Position numbers and translations under genes: made by a program. The notes beneath the pieces were generated by a model. It saw only the letters and a program-made list of their open reading frames with translations. It did no database searches and was not told where the DNA came from. 64,000 nucleotides of DNA from Geosiphon pyriformis uo1. Lineage: Eukaryota > Fungi > Glomeromycota. Positions 27,636 through 41,503 of this stretch are shown here, piece by piece. Location of the stretch: positions 67,809 through 131,808 of the forward strand of contig JAAOMT010000144.1 of NCBI GenBank assembly GCA_016748015.1. The letters are read 5' to 3'. The number at the start of each line of letters is the position of its first letter. Positions within the stretch are counted from its first letter, which is position 1.

Positions 27636-30600
27636 GTTACCATAGATTTTAGAGACTTATTGCTGCCGGGAATGGAAAGTTTATGGTAGCAAAAAACAGT
27701 GCAGAGGAGGACAGCATTTTCTTTAATATGTGTGGCGGAAATCTATGAATAGGCCAGCGATTCCCTGCAATAGAATTGTTTACAGTTAAGCCTGATACTT
27801 TTGTGTCTGCTATTAGCCATTCTTGGTAAGTAACAACGATGATTCACTGAAACCCGGACTGTAAGGGTTAATATTTTAGGAAATAACTCCCAAAAATAAT
27901 GGCTGGAAAAGTTTAGGCAGATTCATTTGATCAATGATTAAGCCAAATCAAAAGGGCTTAGATAATTGAAAATTTTTGCTGAGTAATGCCTATCCATAAA
28001 AATACATGATGGATGTGCTTCGGATAATAGAATCTTCAGTTTATAGAGTCATAAATGCACGTGATAATAGTGCAACAAGTTAAATCCATGATTTACCTCA
28101 CAATATTCCTATTTAATCTATGTAAACACGATATCTAAACCAGCAATTGCATGTTTTGTTATTTTTTTAATATTAATAACTTTAACAATGGTTTTCAATT
28201 AGTAAAATAGAATCAATTCTAAAAATATTCGCAAGCAGATTTATTTTTTAGTTAATTATTTTCTTAATCAATTATTTTTTTATTTAATTATATTTAATCA
28301 CATTATTAATACATTTTTTTATTTACATTATAAATTATATTGTTTTAAATTAATTTTATATTACATCATAATTTATTAATAATTATATATACTATTTTAT
28401 TTTATAATTTGATCAATATTAGTATTAAATGTTTTAAATAAAAAAGAATATTTTAAATCTGTTGAGACTTTTAAAAAATTTGGTATAATATACATTGAAT
28501 AATTTAATGACAAACATAATATAATAAAGATTTGTTTTTAAATAATTTAAAGTATATATTGAATAATTAACAAATAATAATATTAATAAAAAAATCTAAT
28601 AGTATATTAGAAATACAAACAATTTATTTTTAGATATTGTTAATATTAATGCAAAAATTTGTAAAAAAAATTTTAAATTTATAATTATTGTATTAACTAT
28701 AAAATATATTTTTATAAAAAAAGTTGTAATATATATACAATCAGTTAAGCAACCATATACATATATAAATTAAAACAACAAATTTAATATTTTAAAAGAA
28801 ATATTAAATAAAAAAATATAGAATTGCCAATATTATTTTACATAAAGAATTAACAATAAATTAAAGCAAAATTAAAAGTTATTTAGAAATTTTGAAAAAT
28901 AAAATAATAATAAATTAGTTAATAAAATTTTTGTTATTATATTAGATATTTAATTTTTTTTGGAAAATTATAATAAACTTATTATTTTTAATAGTGTTTA
29001 ATGTTTTATATAATATATATACAGTTAATTATGTTTAATAAAGAATTAAATATTTTAAAAAATATTTTAAATAAAAATTTGGTTAATAATATAAATTAGA
29101 ACAAACTTATTTTAGTTTAATACTTTAACAAATATATTAAGTTTAAATACAATTAATATAAAGAAATTTTGATTTTTGAATTTTTGATAAATAAATTTGG
29201 AATTCTACAAAAATTTTTGCAATTTGTCAAATTAAAAAAGAATTTATAATATATTTCTTAAAGAAAAATATATAGTTTTAACAAAAAATTTATATTTAAA
29301 AATTAATATAATGAAATATTAAAAATTTTTAAAAAGATTAAAATAATTACTGTTAAAATAATAAATTTTGTTTAATTAATTATATTATTAAAAAAATAAT
29401 TATCATTGTAAAAACAAAAGCAAATATATAAAAAATATAATTAAATATGTAATATTATTTAAGCATAAAAAATATTAATATTTATAACAAATTTTATAAT
29501 AATTAATATAGCTTTAAAATTAATAATTAATCACAATTTTAATTTAAAGATTACCAAAAAAAAAGCTTTAAATTATTATATAAAATTGTTAAAAATAATA
29601 AATTCTATATAATTATATACAAAATTTTTGTACTTAAAGCCTGGTTTAATAAATCAATAAGAGTTTTTAAATGAATTGATTTTTTTATGATTTAATTATT
29701 AATTGCAAAAAAAAAATTTGATTGTTTAATATTAAATTAAGATTAAAAATAGGAAAAAAAAATTTGTTAAGTGTTAATAGATTTTTGTTTAAAAATATGT
29801 AAGACTTCATAATTATTATTCTTAAAAAATGTGTTTGCAAATTAAATATTCTTGCGAATTATTAATCAATTTTAGTTTTTAAAAAAATTAATTGTTTTTT
29901 TTTATTTAAATTATAATATATTTGTTATTATAGATATATATTATAATTTTAATTAATGAAATGACTGGTTATATTTTTTTAAAGCATATTTTATTGTATC
30001 ATAGTAAATAATAGTTAAGTTTTACTTATTAAATAAGATGAAAATAATTTTTTTAATAAATATTGTATTACTTATAAAAAATTTTTTTTATTAAATTAAA
30101 TACTACTTTAAATTTTTATTAAACTTTAAAAAGTATAATTTAATTATTATTTAAATATATTTAATATATATTAGATTAAATACCGTTTACATGTTTTTTA
30201 TATAAATAACTAATTACTTAAATTTATGTTAAAATCATATTAAATTTTAAATGTTTTTATTTTTTTAACAAATCTATTTTACTGTTTTATAATAAAAAAA
30301 CCTATTAAATTCAAGTACTCAAAAAAATAAAGCATGTTTAATCACAAAACTAGTCAATTATTAAAAAATTAATTAATTAATTTTATTTTAAAAATATTTG
30401 TTAAAGCAATAAGCTTTTTTTAATTCAAAAAATTCTAATACTGTTTTTTATTAATATTAACTAATAATTAAAAACACAGTTAGCAAAAACCAAATTTTTA
30501 AAATAAAAAATAGTATATTATTACAAATTAAAAAATTTTAACTTAATAATAATAATTTTTTAGTTTAGAAAAAAAGTAATACTTCAATTTTTATAACAAT

Positions 30601-31703
30601 AGCCCAAGTTTTTAAAATAAATAATGCTATTTAATAATTTAGATAAAATATATGTTGGAATACAATTTTTTTGCTTTTTTAATAAAAAAAAAAATGCCAA
30701 AAGAATTATATTAAACAATACAATCAAATATTATCTTAATAAATATGTTGTAGCTGTTGTTATTCAAATTAAAAAAGTGTTATTGTTTATAACTGGATTG
30801 GAACCAATTATTATGGCAAAAAAAAACCAATATTAAGTAAAAAAACACAGATTTATTTTTTAAAACAATAGTGATAAGTTCAAAATTTTTAAAAGCCATA
30901 AAAATATTGCTTTAAAGAATATTAAAAGAAAAACTTTTTTTAAAATTTTAATAAATATCCTGTTAAAATTGTTGTGAAAAAAAAATTTACGAGACTAAGA
31001 AGTGAAATTTTATGTTTTTATTAATAATTATTATTTTACAAATTAAAATAATAATTATTAAATAAAAAATATTCAATATTATAACTGATTTATAATATAT
31101 TTTAAAACTTTTTAATATTTAATAATCATTATAAATATTAAAAATTCGTAAAAACATATTTTAAATTTTAAATACACATTAAAATTTAATTATAATTTAT
31201 TAAAAAAATGGATTTAATATTTAGTATTTTTTGTAATAATAATATTTTACAAAAATGATAAATTAATTAATTATGAATTAATAAAAAATTGAAAATTTAT
31301 TTTTAATGTTTTTTATTAAATTTTAAGTAATTTAAATTAAGATATTATTAAGACATATTTTTATGAAAAAAATTGTCATAGTTTTTAAGACTTTAAATTT
31401 TTGCTAAATTTTTGTGAATTTAATTGATTTTATTAAGTCTTAAAAATTTTACTTAAAGCTATAAATTTTAACTGAAAATAATTGGTTTCCTGTTTTAGTA
31501 TGTATGTAATTTAATAATTTAGTGATATTTTGATAACAATAACAATAATAATTAAAACACAAAAACTTCTTTCTTTCCTTTATCCCAAATTCTTGAAAAA
31601 GAGCCAAAAGTTTTTTGAAAAGAAGTTTTCTACAATTCAGTATGATAAATCCAAATCTTTTCTGCTTAATTACAAGGCCATTGTTGGTCCCAATATTGCT
31701 GTA

Positions 31704-33493
31704 ATGAAGAAGTCTGCTAAAGGCTTTAGTGCTGATACTGTTAGTAAGGACATTGCTTCTAGGAAAAAAAGGAAAGATGGTGTTTTGAAGGATGATACTG
31801 CTCAAAAAATAGTTGTGTCTAATAAAGTAATTGGTGGTTCTTGGGGATCTGAGACTGAGAATACCACTGAGTCTGACAGTGTAAACATGGAAGAGAAGTT
31901 TTTGATTGAAGAAACTAGTGTAGATTATGAAGAAGGTAATCTTTTGGAAGGGAGAGACATTAACCAAACACCAAAAGGGCCCAAAGTAGTTACTAAGCAA
32001 GCTTTGGATAAACCTTTGGGCAAAATTAATTTTCTGGGCGATGATAATGATGGTGATGTTCTATCAGATGGCCATTTAGAACTTCCTCCTCCTTTGAGAA
32101 ATCTGGTTAATGTCCCTGTTCATAAGTCATTTGCTCTGGATATTGGGTTGGAAAAAGTGACTGGTAAATCTTCTCAAGAGAAACTTTCTGCAGTCAGGAA
32201 ATTATTTTCAGAAATCAATAGTTTTGGGGGGCCTTTACCCTCTCAAAATTTGCTGAGATCATCAAAGCAACATTTACGTCCGAATCAAGCTTGGCACAGG
32301 CTTCTAAAAAGGCTGAGAATGCAAAAATCTTGGTTAACACCAATCTCAAGAAACCAACTGGTCATTCAGATTGGGCTGTGATGGTAAAGAAAATTCCAGT
32401 TGGAACATCAGTTAAGGCTGTGCACACTGTACTTTCTGAATTTGGTTCTGTTGTGTCAATCAAAATGCAATTGGTAGGACTATGGCAAAAGGCTGTGGTT
32501 GAATTTGCCCAATTGAATCAGGCTGATTTGGTCACAGCTAGATGGTCCATCTTGATCAGAAAGAATGCCGTGAGAGTGGCTAAGGCTAATTCGGACAAGG
32601 AATCATGGAACACAAGAAATCAGCATAGGGCTTTGCTCTACATACTGCCAATGGGCACTAATGCACATGATATCTGGGATTTCATTGGTTCTGTGGATGG
32701 GAGAACATGCGTCATTGATTGACATTCTGTTATATATGCTCAGACTAGATGTACTATTGTCTGTTTTGACTCTGTGGCTTCAATTAATGCAGTTATGAAA
32801 ACCACTCCTGTCTTGAAGGGCGCCAATCTGCGTTGGGCTCATATGGGTTCTGCTAAGTATGCTAAGTGTGGGAATTTGGGTCATACATCTTTGGGTTGTT
32901 CTGTGGGTGGGAAATCTTCTCCTGGTAGACTAGCTTGTAGAATATTGTCTGAGGATGATAAAAGCAGGCTGGCTTCTATTTATGTAAGGCGCTCTGTTTC
33001 AATATCCCATCCTGTGTCTTTTGGTGGCATTTCATGAACCAATGTTGTTGGTGGGTCTTTTTTTCCTCCTCTCTCTGTACGTGATGATTTAGCTTCTTCT
33101 GGTTCCTCTTCGGGGATAAAACCTCCTCCGTCGGTGTCTGTAGAATTAAATTATAGGTTTGCCACTCTTGAGCGTAATCTTGCCAGCCTCACGGAACACA
33201 TGGACAAGTTGGCTAAAAGGTTGGACTCACTTGGGCCAATGGTTTCCCAGCCTAGCCCTGGATGTCAGCCATTGGTGACCCCTTCATCACAGAATCAAGG
33301 AGTGGATATAGTGATGAGTGAGGGTTCAGGTGTGGCCACTGGTGGTGAGGCTATTGCGAAAGTGGTGGTTTTTGATCCTTCAGTTGTCTCTAAAATGGAG
33401 GAAACTTTGCGCAATCTTTCAGTCACAGTTATGGGCCTCTCAGCCAAAATTAACAATGCTGGTTTGGTTCCCAATGTTCATTCTTCTCAATGA
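31704..33493 (+). pseudogene. LINE ORF1 (gag-like: RRM-like region, degenerate CCHC knuckle, coiled coil)
   Basis: Starts MKKSAKG; contains VKKIPVG..LSEFG..WQKAVVEF and (C>Y)AKCGNLGHTSLGC; interrupted by a frameshift and stops. Confidence 0.8.
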
Positions 33494-36400
33494 TGAAACT
33501 GGTTTGGAAAATTGCAACATGCAATGCTCGTAGTATCAATGTCCCTGCCAAGCAGAAAAATGTTGTTTGTTAGCACAATAATTCTGGGAATATGATTTCT
33601 ATTGTTATGGAAATGAAATTGAGGTCTAATATTAGGTCTTGGATTATGAACAAGTTTGATGGGGTGAGGATATTCTCTTCTGGTTTGGACAATGGGATTT
33701 TTGGTGCTGGAGTGATGATCATTATGAAAAATTCTCTTGCTTGTCATGTTTCTAAGGTTGAGGAGGTACCTGGTCATTTTCTATCCATTTGGCTCTTTTT
33801 TAAGGGCAAGTTGTCAGTTGTGATTTTGGGCCTGTATGCAGATGCTTCTGCCAAGACTAGATTTGGCCAAGCTTGTGAAATTAACTCTCTTATTGCCAAG
33901 GCTGCTAATTCTTCTACGTTCATGGTTCTGGGTGGTGACTTTAATGAGGATGGATCTAGGAAGAGTGCTAGTCTTAAGTTCTGCTCAGATTTGGGGTTGG
34001 TCAACTTCTTTGGCAGACATCTTCTGGCCAAAGCTTCTACTTGGGGCAATTCCCAGGGTGTCGTAAAGATTATCAACTACATTTTTGTGAGCAAAAGTTT
34101 GTTATCTGCTTTGGCTGGTTATGAAATCTCTTCTGTTTCTGATTTCTTTGATACTGATCATAATGCTGTTCTGGTTTCTGTTGATTTGGATGGTTTCTTG
34201 GATTCCCGTCTTAATAGTGAACGCAAACAGGTCAATAAGGATAAGTGGAAATTCAAGATCAAAGATACAGATGCTAATAAGTGGTTATATTTTAGGGAAT
34301 GTTCTTTAGACAGGTTCTTGGGAAACATAGTTTTATTTAATAATGCAAAAGTTAATGGAGATTTGGATGCCATGTGGAGGATCCTTAAGGATGTGGTCTT
34401 TTACTCAGCAGATAAAGTGTTTTCTAGACGTTGGTTTAGCAAGTTTGATTGTTCAAAAAATAAGCTGTCTTTGAAGTTTTTCAGGTTGGAGTTGTTGGTG
34501 GCCAAGTTGATGAAATGTTTGAGTTTGGGTCAGGTATCAGATGCTGCTCACTTTCTCAAGGTGTGGTCTGATCTTGATAGTAAGAGGATCTCCAAAGTGT
34601 GCACAATGTTTGATGATAATGTGAGCAGGGTGAGCATTCTTCAACACTTATCAAGGATCAAAAAATTGTACCGTAAGTTTAAATACTACGAGTCTAGGGT
34701 GGCCAGAGATATTTCAATCAGAAGAGCAATAGACAAATGAATGGAAAACTTTAGCTTCAATAAAGGACTTATGATCAAGAGCATTTTGGATCGGCCATTC
34801 AAAAAAGTTGTGCTGAACCATTTGATATTGGACAATGAGTTGATTTTGGAGCCCAAGGAGGTTAAATCTGCTGTTGATAACATCATGGAAGGATGGACAA
34901 GGAAAAGAGTTGCTCTTGTCTTTCTGCCTGTTCGTTGGTCTAATCAATATGTCCCTCTGGACTATGTCAGTAATGATGCATTCTCGAAGGTCATGAATGT
35001 GATTAAATCAGATGAGTTTCTCTTAGTGGTCAAAGAACTGCCTGATGGGAAAGCTGCTGGCATGTCTGGTATTTCTAATGAGCTTTGGAAGCATGGAGAT
35101 GCTCAGGTTCTGGGTGGTCTGCTTAACATTCTTAATGTGTGCTTAAAGTTAGAGGCAGTTCTTTTACAGTGAAGACAAACCTGAGTTTTCATGATACCAA
35201 AGCCCTATGATTGGAAAGAGACACTTACCAATATCAGGCCAATAGCATTGATTGAGACAGCCAGAAAGATACTGTCTAAGATTTTTTTTGACAGAATATC
35301 TCTGGCTTGTAGTGTTTCTGATGTCTTTCATGGGGACAATTTTTCGGTTTTAAAGGGTACATCTACTCAAACTCTTATCTTTACCATTGGTTCTATTGTT
35401 GAAGATGCACTTGAGAAGAACAGGCAGCTTTGGCTAGTGCTTCAGGATATGTGGAAAGCTTATGACTCAGTTGGGTGGCCTCATCTGCGAAATAGTCTAA
35501 TTAAGATCAAAATGTGCCCCTGTTTTATTGAACTTTTTGGAAATATACACAATAATTGGTCCAATTGGATAATGACAGACTTTGGTCTAACTGATGGATA
35601 TGCTGTTCATAATAAGTTGGATTAAGGAGAAGTTTTTTCACTATTGTTGTGAAGGATCTTTTATGACCCTCTGCTTTGTGAGGTCAAAAGGCATAAACAA
35701 TTGTACGGCTATAGATTGGATTTTAAATTTTTTACCAGGACAGGTAGAGCTGACCCTAAGGCAGCAGAACCTCTTTTTTTGCAGCTAGTGCCTTTGTGGA
35801 TGACACTATTTGGGTTGAGAATTGTCTGGCGGTCACACAATGTATTTTAGACATTGTGAGTGAATTTTTTTCAATTAATGATATTGCTATTAACACAGAC
35901 AAGACAGTTGTCATTCCTATCAATCAAGGGGCCAGGAAGGTTTCTTTGTCAATTAGTGGCTCTAGAATTTCTATTGCCAAGAAGGGTGTGTCTTACCAAT
36001 ACTTGGGGATTTTTTTTTCTACAGATGGCCTATCTAAGCCTAGTTTGGCCAAAGCCCATTCGGATATCAGGTTCTTTTCAAATGTTGTGCTAAGGAAGGC
36101 TGTTATTGAGAAGCAATTTTTGTATTTGGTATCTGCTGTTTTCAACCCATAATTGGTTACAGGCTTTAATTTAGTTGTGTCTCTAAGAGTGTTTGTGAAA
36201 AGTGAGACAAAATGTTGAAGAAGGAGTTAAAGTTCAAGACCAATCTACCCAAGGATTTTCCAAATGAGGCTTTGTATTATCCGGAATTATACAGTTTAAG
36301 AACTTTTGAACAGGTGCTGACTGAGAATATATTGGCTGGCTTGGTTGTGTTCGCAAATGCTGGTGGAATCCTTGGTAAACTTTTTGAGCACAGAGCCATA

Positions 36401-38176
36401 GAGTTGTAGGCCACTAGCTGGATGCCCCGGCACCCTCTAAGAGTTCCGATCAATTTGCTGATTAATCCCACAAATTGCTTTTTGGCTGGTGTGACACATG
36501 TTCTCAAGTTGTGCAACCTCTCATTGGGTGGTAATCTGTCTGATGTTTTTCGGGCCAAGAATAGTATTGCAGTTTTAGACATGCTTGGTTTAGGGTCTTA
36601 TTTGTGTGTGGCAAAGTCTTTTAGGAGATACAGTATAGTGTTCGTTTATCAGCTTTTGGACTGCTGAGGTGCTTGTTTTGAGTGGAATACTTTTCACAAG
36701 TGGAAGAAGCTGGACCCTAGAGGCCCAGTTCCTGTTTGGTTTATCTTGTTGGTTGAATTTATTAAAGAAGGCGGTTTGTCGAATCATGTAACGTTGTTTC
36801 ATTGTTCAGCTCTCACTGATTCTCCTTGTGACTTCGGTTATGTTAATGAGCGTCTACTAAATTCTGATTTGAGTTCTGTGACCATCTATACAGACGGTTC
36901 TGTCAAAAGTTTGGGTTCGTTGGATGCTCGTGGTGGTGCTGCCGCTTACTTTCCAGATGCAAATGTTAGCATTGGGGTCAAGATGGATGTGTTGTTATCC
37001 TTAACTCTGGTGGAGCTACAAGCCATTGCATTAGCTTTAAAGTGTATGTCTACTTCTTGGTCTGTTGTTTTGTTTACTGACAGTCAGGTCTCACTAGACT
37101 TGTGCGAATCTGGCAGTGGTGTATTTAGTCCTGATTTTTATGATAAATGCTGGATTGAGAAGAAACATATTCGCCATGTCATCTTTAGTAAAGGCTTGTT
37201 GGTTACTTGGAACAAAGTCAAGGGTCATTCTGGTGTTGTTGAGAACGAATGTGCAGATTTCTATGCTGATGTCACTGTTGCCTCTAAGTTTTTTCTGCCC
37301 CTTGTGGTTTTTTATTGCTTTTTTAGAGTTAAAGACAGGCCTGTCTCTAGAAATGCTCGTTACATTGCCAAAAAATTGTTTAATGCTGTTCACTCTGTTG
37401 GTTGGAAGGCCAAATGTGTTGGTAACTTTATTAGAGTGGATCTCTGTTACTATTTTGATAAGACCAATACCTTTTGTGTTTGGCATCCTGATGGCAAGAT
37501 CAAATCTGGCTACACCAGTAGTGCATCAGTAACACTTCGGTCATATCTCATGAAAGCGCTCCACTATTGCTTACCAGTGGCCAAAAGGAAAAAATTGTAT
37601 GATCCGAGATATCCAAGTATTGCATACATTCAGTGTGGGTTGGTGAAGGACTCCAATCATGTGTTTTCCTGCGTTCATAATACCAATGTTCAGGAAACTT
37701 TGTTGTTAGATGCTTCTATGGAGTGAAATGCAGTGTTGGAAATTGCTGCCAATGGGAATGCAATTGCTAATTCACTGTGTAAGACTGGGTCTTCCATCGA
37801 CTTATTCACAGCGCTGGCTAAAAATTTTGTGTTGAAGGGCTGGGTGGCTGACACAGTAAGCCGTTTGGGTGCTGGTTTTGGTGGGGGTGCATTGGTTGTC
37901 GATTTCGTTTGTTGTTTTGCTGAGAGTCACAGGTCAGCCGTTTGGATACCAGCAGCTAAGTTGAGATCCTATTATAAGAAGCATAATCTTCTGCCATAAG
38001 ATGGCTCCTCCTTTTTGTCGGTGTCTAGTCTGTCTTCTTTGTGGTCTGCTGGGTCAATCCGAGATTTCGGTTTCAGGTTGGGTGTTTACATATGCTTTGG
38101 GTTGCACTCGTGCCTTACAAAATTGGACTTTGATTTCTTGAATGGTTTTCCTGTAGTGGGAGTTCTGGATGTGTAG
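33490..38176 (+). pseudogene. LINE ORF2 (AP endonuclease, reverse transcriptase, RNase H, C-terminal Zn finger), multiply disrupted
   Basis: APE motifs WKIATCN, GGDFN, TDHNAV. RT motifs RPIALIE, LQDMWKAYDSV, FVDDT, YLGI. RNase H motifs IYTDGS, ELQAI, FTDSQ, VKGHSG. Degenerate C..C..HVFSC. More than ten premature stops. Confidence 0.92.
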
Positions 38177-38645
38177 AGCTGCCTTGGTTGGCTCAAGTGG
38201 CCAGTCATGTGTAGAAAAAGCATGAGCCATGCTTAATTTAGATTCTGTGTATTCTATGTACTTAGGTAGTGGTTGGGCTGCACTCGTAAAATCTTTAATA
38301 AAAAAAAAAATAACAATAATTAAAATTTTAATAGTTTACTATTTAGATAATTAAAAATATTGCCAACATTCTTGACTTTAAATTTCAATAGATAATACTA
38401 TTGATTTCAGATTCTAAAGGTTTCAAAAAGTTAAAAGTAAAATCCATGATTCAATATTAGGCCTATATATTCAAGACTGATAGCTATTTAGTAATATAGA
38501 GTATTGGGGTTGTAATAAAATGACACTCGAGAAAGCATCATACAGGAAATAATAGTCTTATTTAGCAAATACTTAGTAAGATTGACTATTGATGTGTTAT
38601 AACCTATTTGGTAGTAATATAAAAAATTACATAAATAAGTTAGTA

Positions 38646-38882
38646 CCGTATTCTCCCGAAAATGAGCACTTAAGAAAATACAGTGTCTTTAGAAACTATT
38701 GACAAAATTTATACATTTAATTATCTTTATTTGGCTATACTAACAAAGAAATTAAAAGAGCAGGATGATCCAGAATTCTTTTTTAAACTGCTCACAAAAA
38801 AAAAATTTTCTTCGAGAAACTTATTTATCGTGTATTTGACATACTTTTACCAAACAAATCTCTTTTCGTGAAAAAATAAAGG
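38646..38882. mobile_element. Possible Tc1/mariner-pogo-type MITE
   Basis: TA-CCGTATTCTCCCGAAAATGAG on the left and a degenerate inverted copy CTCTTTTCGTGAAAAAATAAAGG-TA on the right. Confidence 0.35.
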
Positions 38883-39572
38883 TATATCTTTTTCCTAATT
38901 CTGCAAAAATAATACGGATGAGTGAATAAGAGGGATTTCAAGAGATATTTTAACACACACACATGGTAAGTAATAGTTCAAGTTAAAGGAAAAACCTATT
39001 TTTTATTTTTTTTTCTCCTTATACTTGTATCGTGGAAAACTTTGCATATTACTTAAAAATTTGGCTAAAAGAGAATGTTTTCTTTTTGCAATGAGAAAAA
39101 TTCTTATCTTCAATATTTTATTTAGATAAAAAATTTATGGGCAACTTTTTATTTCTTTTCCTAATCAAATAATATTTATGAAATGAATATTCAATTTGTT
39201 CATTTTAAAAGTCAAAATTTTCAATCTTTCCCAAATGATATTAAACAAAAACAATAATATAAACTGTGTAACGACATGTAAAGCCAAAAAATTATATTCA
39301 TCTGTTCAAGGCTGAAATATATTATCTTACGTTCTCTATTTGTTTAGGGAAATATTTATGGTAGACTTTGATTTTTTAGTGAAACCACTTTTTACTTTAT
39401 TTACTTTTAATGGGCAAAATAGTAACGCTAACATTATAATTTACTTAAATCGTTTTATTTCCCTGCATACAATTGGTTATCATTAAAACCTGATTGGAAT
39501 CGAAACGACTGTGAAAAATGGGCTTTAGGTAAAAGCGTGTTTTATTGTAAAACATTTAAGATAGTATAAAAG

Positions 39573-39603
<31 letters not shown>
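39573..39603 (+). repeat. (ATA)n microsatellite
   Basis: About 10 perfect units. Confidence 0.85.
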
Positions 39604-39606
<3 letters not shown>

Positions 39607-41503
39607 TTGCGTGAGAAACCTTATCCATTGTCAATCTTTCTAATAATGTTAATATATGTTTTTCATTTTTAAACTTGTCTTTTTAAGGTAACCTCATGAC
39701 ACGCCATAAATGAAAATATTAAAAAACATGTTTAAATATCAAGTAATCTGAATAGATTTTTGGTTATAATGTTTATAATTTAACTAAACGCACATGATTT
39801 TTTGCAGCGTTACATTCCATGGTTGGTAATTGAAAAAGTGGGATGATTTAAAAAACGATACAATTTCATTAAGAATCTAAGAATTTTACAAATATTCAGA
39901 AAACATATTTTTCAAAGATTGACAATTTTTTGGAATTTCTATATCAAAAAGAAAAAGATTTACTAAAAGATTTTAAAAAATGAAATCGATCTAGAAACTA
40001 ATGTTTTCTGTTTTCACTAAATATCTATATATAAAAGAAATTTTTTTTTTTCTTGAAAAAAAAAAACCACTCCATAAACTGCTTTGTTGATTTATATTAT
40101 CTTTTGTCAAAGAATAAAAATGTTTCACATGATCTTTACAAAATATTATATTTGATATAATGCTGTGATAATCAATTTTGTCATAATTTTATAGTTGAAT
40201 ATAGTTGAATATAATTTTAATTTAAAAAAAAAAAAAAAAAAAACAGGTATTGGGAGAGTTGGATTCAACTTAAAATAATCGCCTGATACATATAAATGCG
40301 ACAACTCTTTTATTATTAGGAGGCATATACATGCAGGAGACTTCTCACAAATCTTATTAATTAGGTAATTAGATGTGAATCATCGTTTTCCAAACAGAGA
40401 TGTCCCCCAAAAACCTTTCCTTTACTAACAACATCAAACAACATTCTTAATGATTTTCAAGAATGTTTTCGAAGTTTCGTAGTACAAAGAAGATAAATAA
40501 TATGAATCTCTATGATTTTCATTCATATTTTTAAATGGATTTATATATAATCCCACATATAGCGATCAAACGGCCGAAAAGGAATTCAACTTTAAACCAA
40601 ATTTAAAAAAGTGATCTGCCAAGTAAATAAAAATAATGATGATAACATACTTTGAATTATTCCCAATCAACTGTGTGGGATAAAATGGATGAAAAAGAGA
40701 AATTTATTACATTTATTTTTCAACCCCTAAAATCTTACCATAGATTCCTCTTCAAAAATTTGGAAAAATTAATAAATATTTTAATGAAACAAAAAAACTT
40801 GTTTGCGAAGAAAAAAATATTGGATTTTTCTTTTGAAATTCTCGAATAAAAAAATTTGGGAAATATTTTTCTCTCAAAATATAGAAAAAGCTTTGATAAA
40901 TTAACGTAATTGAAACGTAATTGAATCGTAATTACTAAAATATGCAAAGACATCACCAATAATAGGTCAAAAGGCAACCTCGTTTTTTCCTTCCATATTG
41001 TTCATATCGGTTACCATTACAAGAAATTATTTGTCTTTAATATGATCATTTATTTGTGTATTTGATCTTTCAAAATACCCAATTACCTCTTATATACTTG
41101 TGAATACGGGTTTTATCCTCAAAAATCAACCAACCAACCAATCTAATCATTTCCCCCACTTTTAATCATAAGATAACCATATTAAGGTTACTGTATAACG
41201 TGGTAGTAATTTGAAATATTAATTTATATACCCATCATGGGGTTCAGGAGAGTTTCTCAAAGTAAATTAATCAAAGGGGTAATCTATAAATTCCTTCTTG
41301 AAATCATAATCATTGAAATATAATCAAAGTTTACCCTTTCTCTATAAAATATAACAATTTTTGTTACAATTTTGAATTTAAAAATTTTCATTATAAACTT
41401 TTAAGAGAAAAATCAAGAAAATTTTGTTTGACTTGGGTGATTTGCGACCACCAAACGTCTACGATACAAGAGAGAAACCAAAGAATCTTTTCCACCAAAT
41501 ATA

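Larger units (their letters stand above)
31558..38310 (+). mobile_element. Full-length inactivated LINE (APE-type non-LTR retrotransposon with RNase H); LINE copy 1
   Basis: Two ORFs and a poly(A) tail at about 38300-38310. Candidate 17-bp target-site duplication: aacaataataattaaaa (31541-31557) and aataacaataattaaaa (38309-38325). Confidence 0.93.

Noticed and set aside
29630-30836. Possible decayed gag-like coding traces in the AT tract
   Set aside because: Too degenerate to assign by eye.
31449-32000. 183-aa antisense ORF in the LINE 5' region (ORF0-like)
   Set aside because: It has a non-ATG start and low-information sequence, and no counterpart is seen in LINE copy 2.
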